Part shown: positions 14,978-23,807 of the stretch, in pieces
Position numbering within the stretch: the first letter of the stretch is position 1
Layout: each line of letters begins with the position of its first letter
Assembly (NCBI GenBank): GCA_003651045.1
Contig: QMTJ01000001.1
Coordinates: forward strand, 1-29,892
Direction: 5' to 3'
DNA: 29,892 nt
Source: Thermoplasmata archaeon
GTDB lineage: Archaea; Thermoplasmatota; E2; DHVEG-1
Program-made: the position numbers and the translations under genes
The notes under the pieces: generated by a model
Told to the model about the DNA's origin: nothing
The model's database searches: none
The model's input: the letters and a program-made list of their open reading frames with translations, nothing else

Positions 14978-16336
14978 ATGCTTATAGATTCTGTAGTTAT
15001 AACTTTGATAGAGGAGGATGAAGAGTTACATACTAGGTATATTTTAACGGTTTATGGTAAAGGCTTTGCAGTGTATGAGATATGGGGGCGTTCTGGTGGT
15101 AAAAAAAAGTTTGAAATCGATGTAGATGATGAAGAAATCGTTGAGATTCTTCAGGGTTTTAAAGAAACTGGTTTTTTTTCTTTAAAGAATGTTTACCCGG
15201 TTGGTGATGGAAAAGGAGAAGGTATTAGAAAAACTATTTCGATTTCTATTCCAAAAGAAAACGATGAGTCGGTGGTTAAAAGTGTAACTTACTATGAAAG
15301 TAGTAAGGATGTCCCTGAGAGGCTTAGAAGACTATGGGATAAAATCAAAAAAGTAGTTGAAATAGAGATAGGTGAAGAAACTGTTAGGGGAGATGAAGAA
15401 TTAGTTAAGTTAGAAAAAAAAGCGGCGGGGGGAGAAACAGGTTTAGATAAGGAGACAATAGCATCTAGGTTTAAATATGTTAAAAATAAAAACATGAAAG
15501 TTGTAGTTGGAATAGGTGTTTTAGTTGTAATAGGTATAGTGTTGTTAGGTTTATTTTTAGGTGTTATTAATCTACCTTTTGTAACAGAGACAGGTGGTAA
15601 CTCTAATGAGGGATCTACTGTACCTGATGTTGTTTTGTTAACAACTGGTGTTGTTAGTTCTGAAACTGGTGAGTATGAATTAAGCGATAGTTTTCAACAA
15701 GGGGATGTTATTCATGTTTATGTTAGGTATACAAATGTGACAGTGTTTGATAATGGGAGATGTAATGTTGAGGTGAAACTATTGTTTTCAGTTGATGAAA
15801 CGTATCGTGTGTATTCTTTTTATGAGGATACATTGAAGAATTTTTCAATGTTTAATATTTCAACAGATGAAACCTGGGAAACAGGTTTTTATAAATTATT
15901 GTTAACTGTTTTTGATAATGTTTCAAAGAAAAATGGGTCTGCTATGGTTTATTTCAGTTTAAGTAAGGTTCCTTTTGAAATCACTAAGCTGTTACCTGCT
16001 AGTGAGGTATATGGTGAAGGTGACTATGTTGAGAAATATAGTTTTGAACGTGATGGTTTGAAACCAGTTAATATTTATCAGGAGTACAGGGGGTTTACTG
16101 TGGATGAAAACGGGAGTTGTAATCTTTATCTAGAGCTTAAGGTTGAAAAGTTAACAGGAGGTGATAAAAACATAACACTTACTGGATATGAATATGATGG
16201 TAGCAAAACTTGGTATAGTTGGTTGTTTTATGTAGATGATACTTGGCCAACTGGTGTGTATATAGTGAGTGTTTCTATATTAGATAACATGTCAAAAAAA
16301 GTAGTTACTGATACTACTTATTTTACTTTAAAATAA
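14978..16336 (+). CDS. Single-pass membrane protein: cytoplasmic DUF6438-like domain, TM, two tandem extracellular Ig-like repeats
   Basis: No signal peptide; TM VVVGIGVLVVIGIVLLGLFLGVI preceded by lysines. The C-terminal half is a visible duplication with 8 N-x-S/T sequons. The DUF6438 resemblance is from recall only. Confidence 0.75.
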   Translation: MLIDSVVITLIEEDEELHTRYILTVYGKGFAVYEIWGRSGGKKKFEIDVDDEEIVEILQGFKETGFFSLKNVYPVGDGKGEGIRKTISISIPKENDESVVKSVTYYESSKDVPERLRRLWDKIKKVVEIEIGEETVRGDEELVKLEKKAAGGETGLDKETIASRFKYVKNKNMKVVVGIGVLVVIGIVLLGLFLGVINLPFVTETGGNSNEGSTVPDVVLLTTGVVSSETGEYELSDSFQQGDVIHVYVRYTNVTVFDNGRCNVEVKLLFSVDETYRVYSFYEDTLKNFSMFNISTDETWETGFYKLLLTVFDNVSKKNGSAMVYFSLSKVPFEITKLLPASEVYGEGDYVEKYSFERDGLKPVNIYQEYRGFTVDENGSCNLYLELKVEKLTGGDKNITLTGYEYDGSKTWYSWLFYVDDTWPTGVYIVSVSILDNMSKKVVTDTTYFTLK

Positions 16337-16418
16337 TAAAAAAACAATTAGATAGCTGAGTAATGAGAGGTACAAAACTTTTTTTAACAGACCTCTTCTT
16401 CACCATATCTAGATTTTT

Positions 16419-18191
16419 ATGCGTATAGCTGTGGTTATTAAAGATAGATGTAAACCAAAAAATTGTAACATGGAATGTATAAAATACTGCCCTAGAGTAC
16501 GTGCTGGTGATGAAACTATTACAGTAGGTGATGATGGTAAACCAGTTATTTCGGAGGAGTTATGTGTTGGTTGCGGTATATGTGTGCATAAATGCCCGTT
16601 TGATGCAATAAAAATCATTGGTTTAGCTGAAGAATTGGAGACAGAGCTTGTGCATCAGTTCGGTAGAAATGGTTTTAGGCTTTTTAGGCTACCTGTTCCA
16701 AAGAAAGGAATATGCATAGGTATACTTGGTCAGAATGGTATAGGGAAAACCACGTCTGTAAGGATACTATCTGGGCAGATAATACCAAACCTTGGGGATT
16801 ACGAAGAAAAACCAACATGGGATGATGTTATTGAGTATTACGCGGGGACAGAGTTACAAGAGCATTTTAGAGGAGTAGCTAGTGGAGAAATAAGTAGTGT
16901 TGTGAAACCACAGTATGTGGATAAACTCCCAAGGGTTATGAAAGGAAAAATCGGTGAAATACTAAAAAAAATAGATGTTTCTGAGAAATTTGATGTTATC
17001 GTTGAAAAACTAGGTTTAGAAAATGTTCTTGATAAAAACATAGAAAAAGATGTTATCTCTGGTGGGGAACTACAACTTGTAGCAGTAGCTGCGGCGTTAC
17101 TTAAAGATGTAGATCTTTATTTTTTTGATGAACCTTCTTCTTATCTTGATATTTATCAACGTTTAAAAGTCGCAAGGATAATTAAAGAACTATCAGAGGA
17201 AAAAAAAGTATTAGTTGTAGAGCATGATCTAGCGGTACTTGATTTCCTCTGTGACAATGTACATCTCATGTATGGTGATGAGGGAACATATGGTGTAGTT
17301 ACTCATCCTAAAAGCGTACGTCATGCAATTAACACATATCTTTCAGGATACCTCAAAGAAGAAAACATACGTTTCGGTGAAAAAATAGAGTTTTTTGTAC
17401 ATCCACCTAAACAAAGGCAGCAGATGAATATACTTGTCACCTATAACGACCTAAGTAAATCTTTCAATGGTTTTTCTTTAAAAGTTGAGAGAGGTGTTGT
17501 ACGAGAAGGTGAAATCATTGGTGTCGTAGGGCCAAATGCTATCGGTAAAACAACGTTTGTAAAAATGCTCGCTGGTGTTGTTAAACCATCAGAGGGGAAA
17601 GTTGAACACAAAATCAAAGTCAGCTATAAACCACAATATATTACACCAGATTTTAATGGAACAGTTAGGGAATATTTTGAGTTGAAGGCTCAACAGTTAT
17701 TTACATCCTCTTTTTTTAAAGCTGAGATTTTTGAACCGTTTAACCTTAAATATCTTCTTGATAAAAAAGTTGATACATTATCTGGTGGTGAACTACAACG
17801 TGTTGCTACTGCTAACTGTCTTGTTCAGGATGCAGATATTTATCTAATTGATGAACCATCAGCGTATCTAGATAGTGAACAACGTATGGTTACATCACGT
17901 ACAGTGAGACGTGTTATTGAGAAATCTGGTAAATCAGCATTGGTTGTAGATCATGATGTATATTTTATAGATATGATTAGTGATGCATTGATTGTTTTTA
18001 ATGGAGAACCAGGTAAACATGGTATAGCGAGGGGTCCTTTTAGTTTACACGAGGGTATGAACCGGTTTCTAAAGGATGTAGATATCACGTTTCGTCGAGA
18101 TGAAGAAACACACCGGCCAAGGGTTAACAAACCAGGTTCATATATGGATCGTAAACAAAGACAAGAAGGAGAATACTACTATATCCTCTAA
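16419..18191 (+). CDS. rli: Ribosome recycling factor ABCE1/Rli (2x 4Fe-4S, 2 ABC ATPase domains)
   Basis: C-x4-C-x3-C-x3-C and CVGCGICVHKCP. Walker A GQNGIGKTT and GPNAIGKTT, signature SGGELQ twice, Walker B FDEPS and IDEPS. Confidence 0.98.
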   Translation: MRIAVVIKDRCKPKNCNMECIKYCPRVRAGDETITVGDDGKPVISEELCVGCGICVHKCPFDAIKIIGLAEELETELVHQFGRNGFRLFRLPVPKKGICIGILGQNGIGKTTSVRILSGQIIPNLGDYEEKPTWDDVIEYYAGTELQEHFRGVASGEISSVVKPQYVDKLPRVMKGKIGEILKKIDVSEKFDVIVEKLGLENVLDKNIEKDVISGGELQLVAVAAALLKDVDLYFFDEPSSYLDIYQRLKVARIIKELSEEKKVLVVEHDLAVLDFLCDNVHLMYGDEGTYGVVTHPKSVRHAINTYLSGYLKEENIRFGEKIEFFVHPPKQRQQMNILVTYNDLSKSFNGFSLKVERGVVREGEIIGVVGPNAIGKTTFVKMLAGVVKPSEGKVEHKIKVSYKPQYITPDFNGTVREYFELKAQQLFTSSFFKAEIFEPFNLKYLLDKKVDTLSGGELQRVATANCLVQDADIYLIDEPSAYLDSEQRMVTSRTVRRVIEKSGKSALVVDHDVYFIDMISDALIVFNGEPGKHGIARGPFSLHEGMNRFLKDVDITFRRDEETHRPRVNKPGSYMDRKQRQEGEYYYIL

Positions 18192-18314
18192 AAAAAGAAG
18201 GGGGGCTTTTTAAATCATAATTTTTTTAAAAAAAATAGTCATAGAAAGAGGATGTAAAAAAAAATAAACACAACAGTTAAAAGAGACATCCTATATACCT
18301 CTCTGTAAGATAAG

Positions 18315-18890
18315 ATGCCGCGATCGGGGAGGATACGTAACTTTTTACGTGAATATAAAGAATCACCTAAAATAGAGAAACTATCATTCCTAGCTCCTTT
18401 TTTAATACTGTTAATTGAATGTATATTACTCGCCCATGCAATAGATTTAAAAGAAGTATATGTAATATTATTAACAGCAGTTCTTGTAATAATATCTGTA
18501 GCAGAAATAATACTAGTAACACTTGAAATCCATGAAGAATATAAACATAGGAATTTTGGTAAAATACTTGCTATAAAAGTTGATGATTTTGTCATAGATT
18601 CAAAGGTAAAAAATGTGAAAAAAATAGTTGAAGACTTTATAAAAAAATATCCCGAATACAGACTCAAGAGGAACGAAGTATATCACACAGCATGTCAAGT
18701 TCTAGAAACACATAAAGAAGAAGAAATCGAGAAAAAACTAATGGAAGATCTAAACAAGTTCATTAAGAAAAACAAGAAAATGAACGTTAATGAAATAGTA
18801 AAAACATTTATTAAGAAAAATCAAAAGTATAAAAACTATAGAGATAAAATATATGAAAAAACTTGTGAAATAAAAAGAAAAAACAACTAA
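18315..18890 (+). CDS. Hypothetical 2-TM protein with a duplicated basic cytoplasmic domain
   Basis: Two hydrophobic helices, then two copies of NV..IV..FIKK...Y...R..(V/I)Y...C. Its stop codon overlaps the convergent permease stop at 18887-18890. Confidence 0.75.
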   Translation: MPRSGRIRNFLREYKESPKIEKLSFLAPFLILLIECILLAHAIDLKEVYVILLTAVLVIISVAEIILVTLEIHEEYKHRNFGKILAIKVDDFVIDSKVKNVKKIVEDFIKKYPEYRLKRNEVYHTACQVLETHKEEEIEKKLMEDLNKFIKKNKKMNVNEIVKTFIKKNQKYKNYRDKIYEKTCEIKRKNN

Positions 18891-20758
18891 ACATTTTTTC
18901 TATCTTCCCAAGATTCTAAAATTATTTCACGGAGTTTTTCAACATCTTTTGCTTCAACCCATTTTTTATCAAAATCAGAGGTACTCGTAGCTTGTATAAT
19001 CCACATCAAAGTATGGAGATAGAGATTTTTTTTATCAGGAGAAGAAACAATTACAAAAAATGCATGAACAGGATCTACAGTATCTGAAAGAAATAGACCG
19101 ATTTTGCTTCTTACTACCAATATTGCAAATTTTTCTTTACCTTTAATCATGTGAGATATTATTGCAACGCCTGGGTGAACTGCAATATTGGAATCACTAC
19201 TTCGTTTCTTTAAAAGCTTGTAAAGCTTTTCTGTTTTAATACCTATTTTAACAGAAAGCTCTTCTGCAATTTTCATTAAAAATTTATCAGGACGAGCATA
19301 CTTATATACATCAATAATTTCACATTCTTTTATTATTTTTTTAAATCTTTCTTTGGTAATACCGTCTCGTTCAATAAGTATTTCTCTTAATTCTTCATCA
19401 ACTAGATAACCAGTGGATTTAACACCCGTGATTCTTTCAATAATATGTAGAAGAGAATATTCACGCCATATTTTATCCCGTGCATAAAACCAATACCAAG
19501 TAAAACCAAAACAAATAAAACATCCAACGAGAACTAAAGGTATTAAACCCATTTCAAAAATCAAAAAACTATATCCAACTATACCAGCTATTTGAACCCA
19601 TGGATAAAAAGGTGAATGAAAACTTGGGCGATAATGTTTTATATTGCTTTCATGCATCATAATAACAGATAAATTTACAAATATAAACAGTAATAGTACT
19701 AACGTTGAAGCAATTTTAACTAGTCCCTCAAGATCTAAAAACAAAATAATACAAATCATAAAAATAGAAGTAAACAGTAGAGAGACAAATGGTATACCAC
19801 GTTTAGAAATCTTTGAAAAAAAACCTGGCATCAGTTGATCCTTACTCATAGCTAAGGGATAGCGTGAAGAAGAAAGTAAACCCGCATTTGCAGTAGTTAT
19901 AAAAGCAAGAACAGCTGAAACACCTAAAACAACAAGACCTATCTCTCCCATAAACACTTTTGCCCCAAGAGAAATAGGCATTAAAGAATGCATCAACGTC
20001 TCATGTTCTAATAAACCTATGGTAACAAAAACAACCAATACATATAGAGTTGAGATAACACCCCATGCGAGAAACATACCTAGGGGGATGTTTCTTTTTG
20101 GTTTTTTAATCTCTTCTGCAACACTGCAGACCTTGGTAAGACCCATAAAGGAAACAAAAACAAAACCTGCTGTTGCAAAGATAGGAGCCATACCATGCAT
20201 AGTAAATGGTTCAAATCTAGAAGGATGAATGTAGAAAAAACCAAAAATCACATAAACAACAAGGATACTAATTAAACCTATTACTAATATAACTTGTGCT
20301 TTACCGACATGTTTAACACCAAATAAATTAAGGATAGTAAAAATTATACAAAACACTACTGCAACTATTTTCAAATGTAACTCCGTTAAACCAGGGTTAA
20401 ACAACTGAACAAATGCACTTATCCCAATCAATGCAAAAGCTGTTTTAGAAGTCAATGCAAACCATGACGCAAAACCACCAATAGTACCAATAGCTGGACC
20501 CATACTTCTATCTATAAAAAAATAGTCTCCACCCGCTTTCGGCATAGCAGTAGCAAGTTCCGCTTTTGAAAACAACGTAGGAATCATCATAAAACTTGCA
20601 ATTAAATAAGAAACAACAACAGATGACCCTGTTTTTGCATAAGCAATACCTGGTAAAACAAAAAGACCTGAACTAATCATAGCGCCAGCAGCTATACAAA
20701 AAACATCTAAAAGCCCCAGTTCCTTTTTCAGGGTTCTATATTTCTTATCAACTCCCAT
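18887..20758 (-). CDS. APC-superfamily amino acid permease fused to a degenerate PTS EIIA-like domain
   Basis: GAMISSGLFVLPG, ELATAMPKAGGDYFFI, FVSFMGLTKV..AEEIKKPKRNIP and about 12 TM. The C-terminal soluble domain has PGVAI..VHAFFVIVS..LYLHTL, resembling EIIA(Ntr/Fru). Confidence 0.9.
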   Translation of the reverse strand: MGVDKKYRTLKKELGLLDVFCIAAGAMISSGLFVLPGIAYAKTGSSVVVSYLIASFMMIPTLFSKAELATAMPKAGGDYFFIDRSMGPAIGTIGGFASWFALTSKTAFALIGISAFVQLFNPGLTELHLKIVAVVFCIIFTILNLFGVKHVGKAQVILVIGLISILVVYVIFGFFYIHPSRFEPFTMHGMAPIFATAGFVFVSFMGLTKVCSVAEEIKKPKRNIPLGMFLAWGVISTLYVLVVFVTIGLLEHETLMHSLMPISLGAKVFMGEIGLVVLGVSAVLAFITTANAGLLSSSRYPLAMSKDQLMPGFFSKISKRGIPFVSLLFTSIFMICIILFLDLEGLVKIASTLVLLLFIFVNLSVIMMHESNIKHYRPSFHSPFYPWVQIAGIVGYSFLIFEMGLIPLVLVGCFICFGFTWYWFYARDKIWREYSLLHIIERITGVKSTGYLVDEELREILIERDGITKERFKKIIKECEIIDVYKYARPDKFLMKIAEELSVKIGIKTEKLYKLLKKRSSDSNIAVHPGVAIISHMIKGKEKFAILVVRSKIGLFLSDTVDPVHAFFVIVSSPDKKNLYLHTLMWIIQATSTSDFDKKWVEAKDVEKLREIILESWEDRKNV

Positions 20759-20816
20759 CTGTTATTAAGATATCATAAAACAGTATTTGTAAATTTCTCA
20801 AGGAAAAATTACAAAT

Positions 20817-22040
20817 CTATTTCTTAATCAACCGACCTTTTTTAATAACGGTTTCAACTAGATTAACTCCAACATGATATGGGATAAAAAGATGACCATA
20901 GCAATCAAGAACAAGTACATCAGCTTGTTTACCTTTTTCAAGACTACCAATCTTATCATTTAAACCTATAGCACAAGCAGCGTTAAAAGTAGAAGCAGTA
21001 ATTGCCTCAGCAGATGTCATCTTCATATTATAACATGCAAGTTGAATGATAAACTGCATATTTTCAATCCAACAATTTGGATTGAGATCACTAGCAAGAG
21101 CAATAGGAAGACCCATATCGATCATTTTACGGGCGTTAGCATATTCATGCATCATAAGAGTGAAAGGTGTACCGGGGAGTAAAACACCAATGACACCTTG
21201 TTTAATCATTTGTTTAATACCTTGTTCATTAGATCGTAGTAGATGATCAGCGCTAATAGCACCAACCTCTGCTGCAAGAGCTGCTCCATCAGTATCAACG
21301 ATTTCGTCAGCATGGATCTTAGGAGTGAGACCATATTGTTTACCGGTTTCAAGTATCTTTTTTGATTGTTCAACAGTGAAAACATCTTTTTCGCAGAAAA
21401 CATCGCAAAAACATGCTAAATCCTTAATCTTTGGAATCATCTGGTCAATCACAATATCAACATATTCATCAGCTGAATATTTCTTCGGAACTGCATGGGC
21501 ACCTAGAAAAGTAGAGACAATATCAACAGGATGTATTTCATCAAGTTTTTTGTTGATTTTTAGAATTTTACTTTCTGTTTCTAAATCTAGCCCGTAGCCA
21601 CTTTTTGCTTCACAAGTAGTAGTACCATGTTTTAACATGTTATCCAGGCGTTTTATACTTTGACTAATCAAATTCTCTTCTGATGCTTTTCTAGTTTCAT
21701 TAACAGTATAAAAAATCCCACCGCCTTTCTTTAAAATATCCATGTAACTAAAACCTTTGAGTTTCATATCGAGTTCAAACTCACGTGAACCAGCGAAAAC
21801 TAGATGGGTATGTGGATCAACAAAACCTGGTGTAACAGTTTTACCAGTTGCATCAATAGTTGTTTCAGCGTTATATTTTAGATTCCTGCCGATGTCAAAG
21901 ATTTTACCGTCTTTGATTGCAATAGAACCCTTATGGATTATTGAGAGATTGTTCATCTCTCTTTTAACTCTGGGTCTATTTGGTCCTTTTAATGTAAGGA
22001 GTTCATCTGCGTTTTTGATGAGAATATCTACTGTTTCCAT
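20817..22040 (-). CDS. hutI: Imidazolonepropionase
   Basis: PGFVDPHTHLVFAGSR..E, TTCEAKSGYGL, FCDVFCE, KIHADE, SADHL, LPGT, ALASDLNPN. Confidence 0.96.
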   Translation of the reverse strand: METVDILIKNADELLTLKGPNRPRVKREMNNLSIIHKGSIAIKDGKIFDIGRNLKYNAETTIDATGKTVTPGFVDPHTHLVFAGSREFELDMKLKGFSYMDILKKGGGIFYTVNETRKASEENLISQSIKRLDNMLKHGTTTCEAKSGYGLDLETESKILKINKKLDEIHPVDIVSTFLGAHAVPKKYSADEYVDIVIDQMIPKIKDLACFCDVFCEKDVFTVEQSKKILETGKQYGLTPKIHADEIVDTDGAALAAEVGAISADHLLRSNEQGIKQMIKQGVIGVLLPGTPFTLMMHEYANARKMIDMGLPIALASDLNPNCWIENMQFIIQLACYNMKMTSAEAITASTFNAACAIGLNDKIGSLEKGKQADVLVLDCYGHLFIPYHVGVNLVETVIKKGRLIKK

Positions 22041-22102
22041 AATGTTTTTCCCAAAGAGTTAAAAGAAAAACCAGGATTAAGGGTTTACGGTGGGTCGTAT
22101 TT
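22041..22102. promoter_or_regulatory. Compact divergent promoter region between hutI and ftcD
   Basis: 62-bp gap between divergent starts, with TTAA-containing boxes on each strand about 20-27 nt from the starts. Confidence 0.45.
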
Positions 22103-23764
22103 ATGGAAAAAATCGTTGAATGTGTACCAAATTTTAGCGAAGGTAGAGATAAAGCGGTGATAAATGCGATAGCTGCAGCGATAGAATCTGTTGATGGAGT
22201 AAAACTACTTAATGTTGATCCAGGTGCTGACTTTAATAGAACCGTTTATACGTTTGTAGGGGAACCAGAACCTGTACTTGAAGCGGCTTTTCAATCAGCG
22301 AAAATTGGTACTGCTTTGATTGATATGACCAAGCATAAAGGGGAACATGCACGTATGGGTGCACTTGATGTTATGCCTTTTATTCCCATTAAAGGGGTTA
22401 CAATGAAAGAGTGTGTAAAACTGTCTAAAAGATTCGGGGAGAGAATGGCAAAAGAGCTGGGTATTCCTGTTTTCCTTTATGCAGAGTCAGCTACAAAACC
22501 TGACAGGATACGGTTACCTGATATAAGAAAAGGAGAATATGAGGCTCTTGAAGAAAAACTTAAGGATCCTTCTTTTAAACCAGATTATGGTGAACCTGTT
22601 TTTGTTCCAAAGAGTGGAGCGACAGTAACCGGTGCTAGAGAGATACTTATAGCGTATAATATTAATCTTAATACTAACGATAAATCAATTGCGTCATTGA
22701 TAGCTGGTAAAATTAGAACAAGTGGTGTTATAAAAAAGGATAAAGATGGTAATAAAATCATTGGATCTGATGGTAAACCTGTGCGTATCCCTGGTCGTTT
22801 CAAACATGTACAAGCAGGTGGTATGATGTATAATGAGGATATTGCTCAGGTTTCTATGAATCTTTTGAATTTCCGCGAGGTGAATCTTCATCATGTTTTT
22901 GAAGCAGTAAAAGAAGAAGCTGAGAAACTTGGTGTAAAAGTAACAGGTAGTGAAATAGTTGGTCTTGTACCTGAGGAGGCGCTTGTGATGGCTGGAAGAT
23001 TCTATGTAGAGAAAAACGGGAGGAAGATATCGGATAGGGAAGAACTTGTTTCTATAGCTATCGAAAAACTAGGTCTCTCTGATCTTTATCCTTTTAAACC
23101 AGAGGAGAAAATAATTGAGTACATGGTTGAAGAATCAGGTGTTCTTGTTTCTATGCCAGTTAATAGTTTTCTTTCTGAACTTGCATCTAGTAGTCCTGCA
23201 CCTGGTGGTGGCAGTGTTGCTGCTCTTGCTGGTGCTCTTGGTGCTGCTTTGTCGTCTATGGTTTGTAATTTAACAATTGGTAAAGAAAGATATGCTGATG
23301 TAGAGGATGAGATGAAGGATGTACTGAGAATGAGTGAAAAACTTAGGAGGAAACTTTTGAAATTAGTTGACAAGGATACTGAGGCGTTTAATGATGTTAT
23401 CAAGGCTTTTAAGATGCCGAAGGATACCGAAGAGGAAAAAAAGGTTAGAAGTAAGGCTATACAGGCGGGTTATAAAAAAGCTGCTATGGTACCGTTTGAG
23501 ACAGCTGAAGTTTGTGGAAAAATTTTAGATCTTGCAGAGGTTATCGCTGAGAAGGGTAATAGGAGTTCTGTTACTGATGCTGCTGTATCAGCGCTCATGG
23601 CAGATGCTGGTGTGGAGTCAGCTATTTTGAATGTTAAGATTAATCTTGGGTCGATTAAGGATGAAGTGTTTGTGAAAGATATGGTTTCTAAGCTTGATAA
23701 ACTTGAGAAGGATTCTAGGTTTAAGAAGGATCAGATTGCTGATGTTGTGAGGAAGTGTTTGTAA
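22103..23764 (+). CDS. ftcD: Bifunctional glutamate formimidoyltransferase / formimidoyl-THF cyclodeaminase (FTCD)
   Basis: VECVPNFSEGR, DFNRTVYT, HKGEHARMGALDVMPF, QVSMNL, and the cyclodeaminase motif LASSSPAPGGGSVAAL. Confidence 0.96.
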   Translation: MEKIVECVPNFSEGRDKAVINAIAAAIESVDGVKLLNVDPGADFNRTVYTFVGEPEPVLEAAFQSAKIGTALIDMTKHKGEHARMGALDVMPFIPIKGVTMKECVKLSKRFGERMAKELGIPVFLYAESATKPDRIRLPDIRKGEYEALEEKLKDPSFKPDYGEPVFVPKSGATVTGAREILIAYNINLNTNDKSIASLIAGKIRTSGVIKKDKDGNKIIGSDGKPVRIPGRFKHVQAGGMMYNEDIAQVSMNLLNFREVNLHHVFEAVKEEAEKLGVKVTGSEIVGLVPEEALVMAGRFYVEKNGRKISDREELVSIAIEKLGLSDLYPFKPEEKIIEYMVEESGVLVSMPVNSFLSELASSSPAPGGGSVAALAGALGAALSSMVCNLTIGKERYADVEDEMKDVLRMSEKLRRKLLKLVDKDTEAFNDVIKAFKMPKDTEEEKKVRSKAIQAGYKKAAMVPFETAEVCGKILDLAEVIAEKGNRSSVTDAAVSALMADAGVESAILNVKINLGSIKDEVFVKDMVSKLDKLEKDSRFKKDQIADVVRKCL

Positions 23765-23807
23765 AGGGTTTATTTTTAGAAAATTTATAAGTAGTTCTTT
23801 CTTTCTA

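Noticed and set aside
18887-18890. Convergent genes sharing overlapping stop codons (CTAA/TTAG)
   Set aside because: This is a common compact-genome arrangement and not informative alone.
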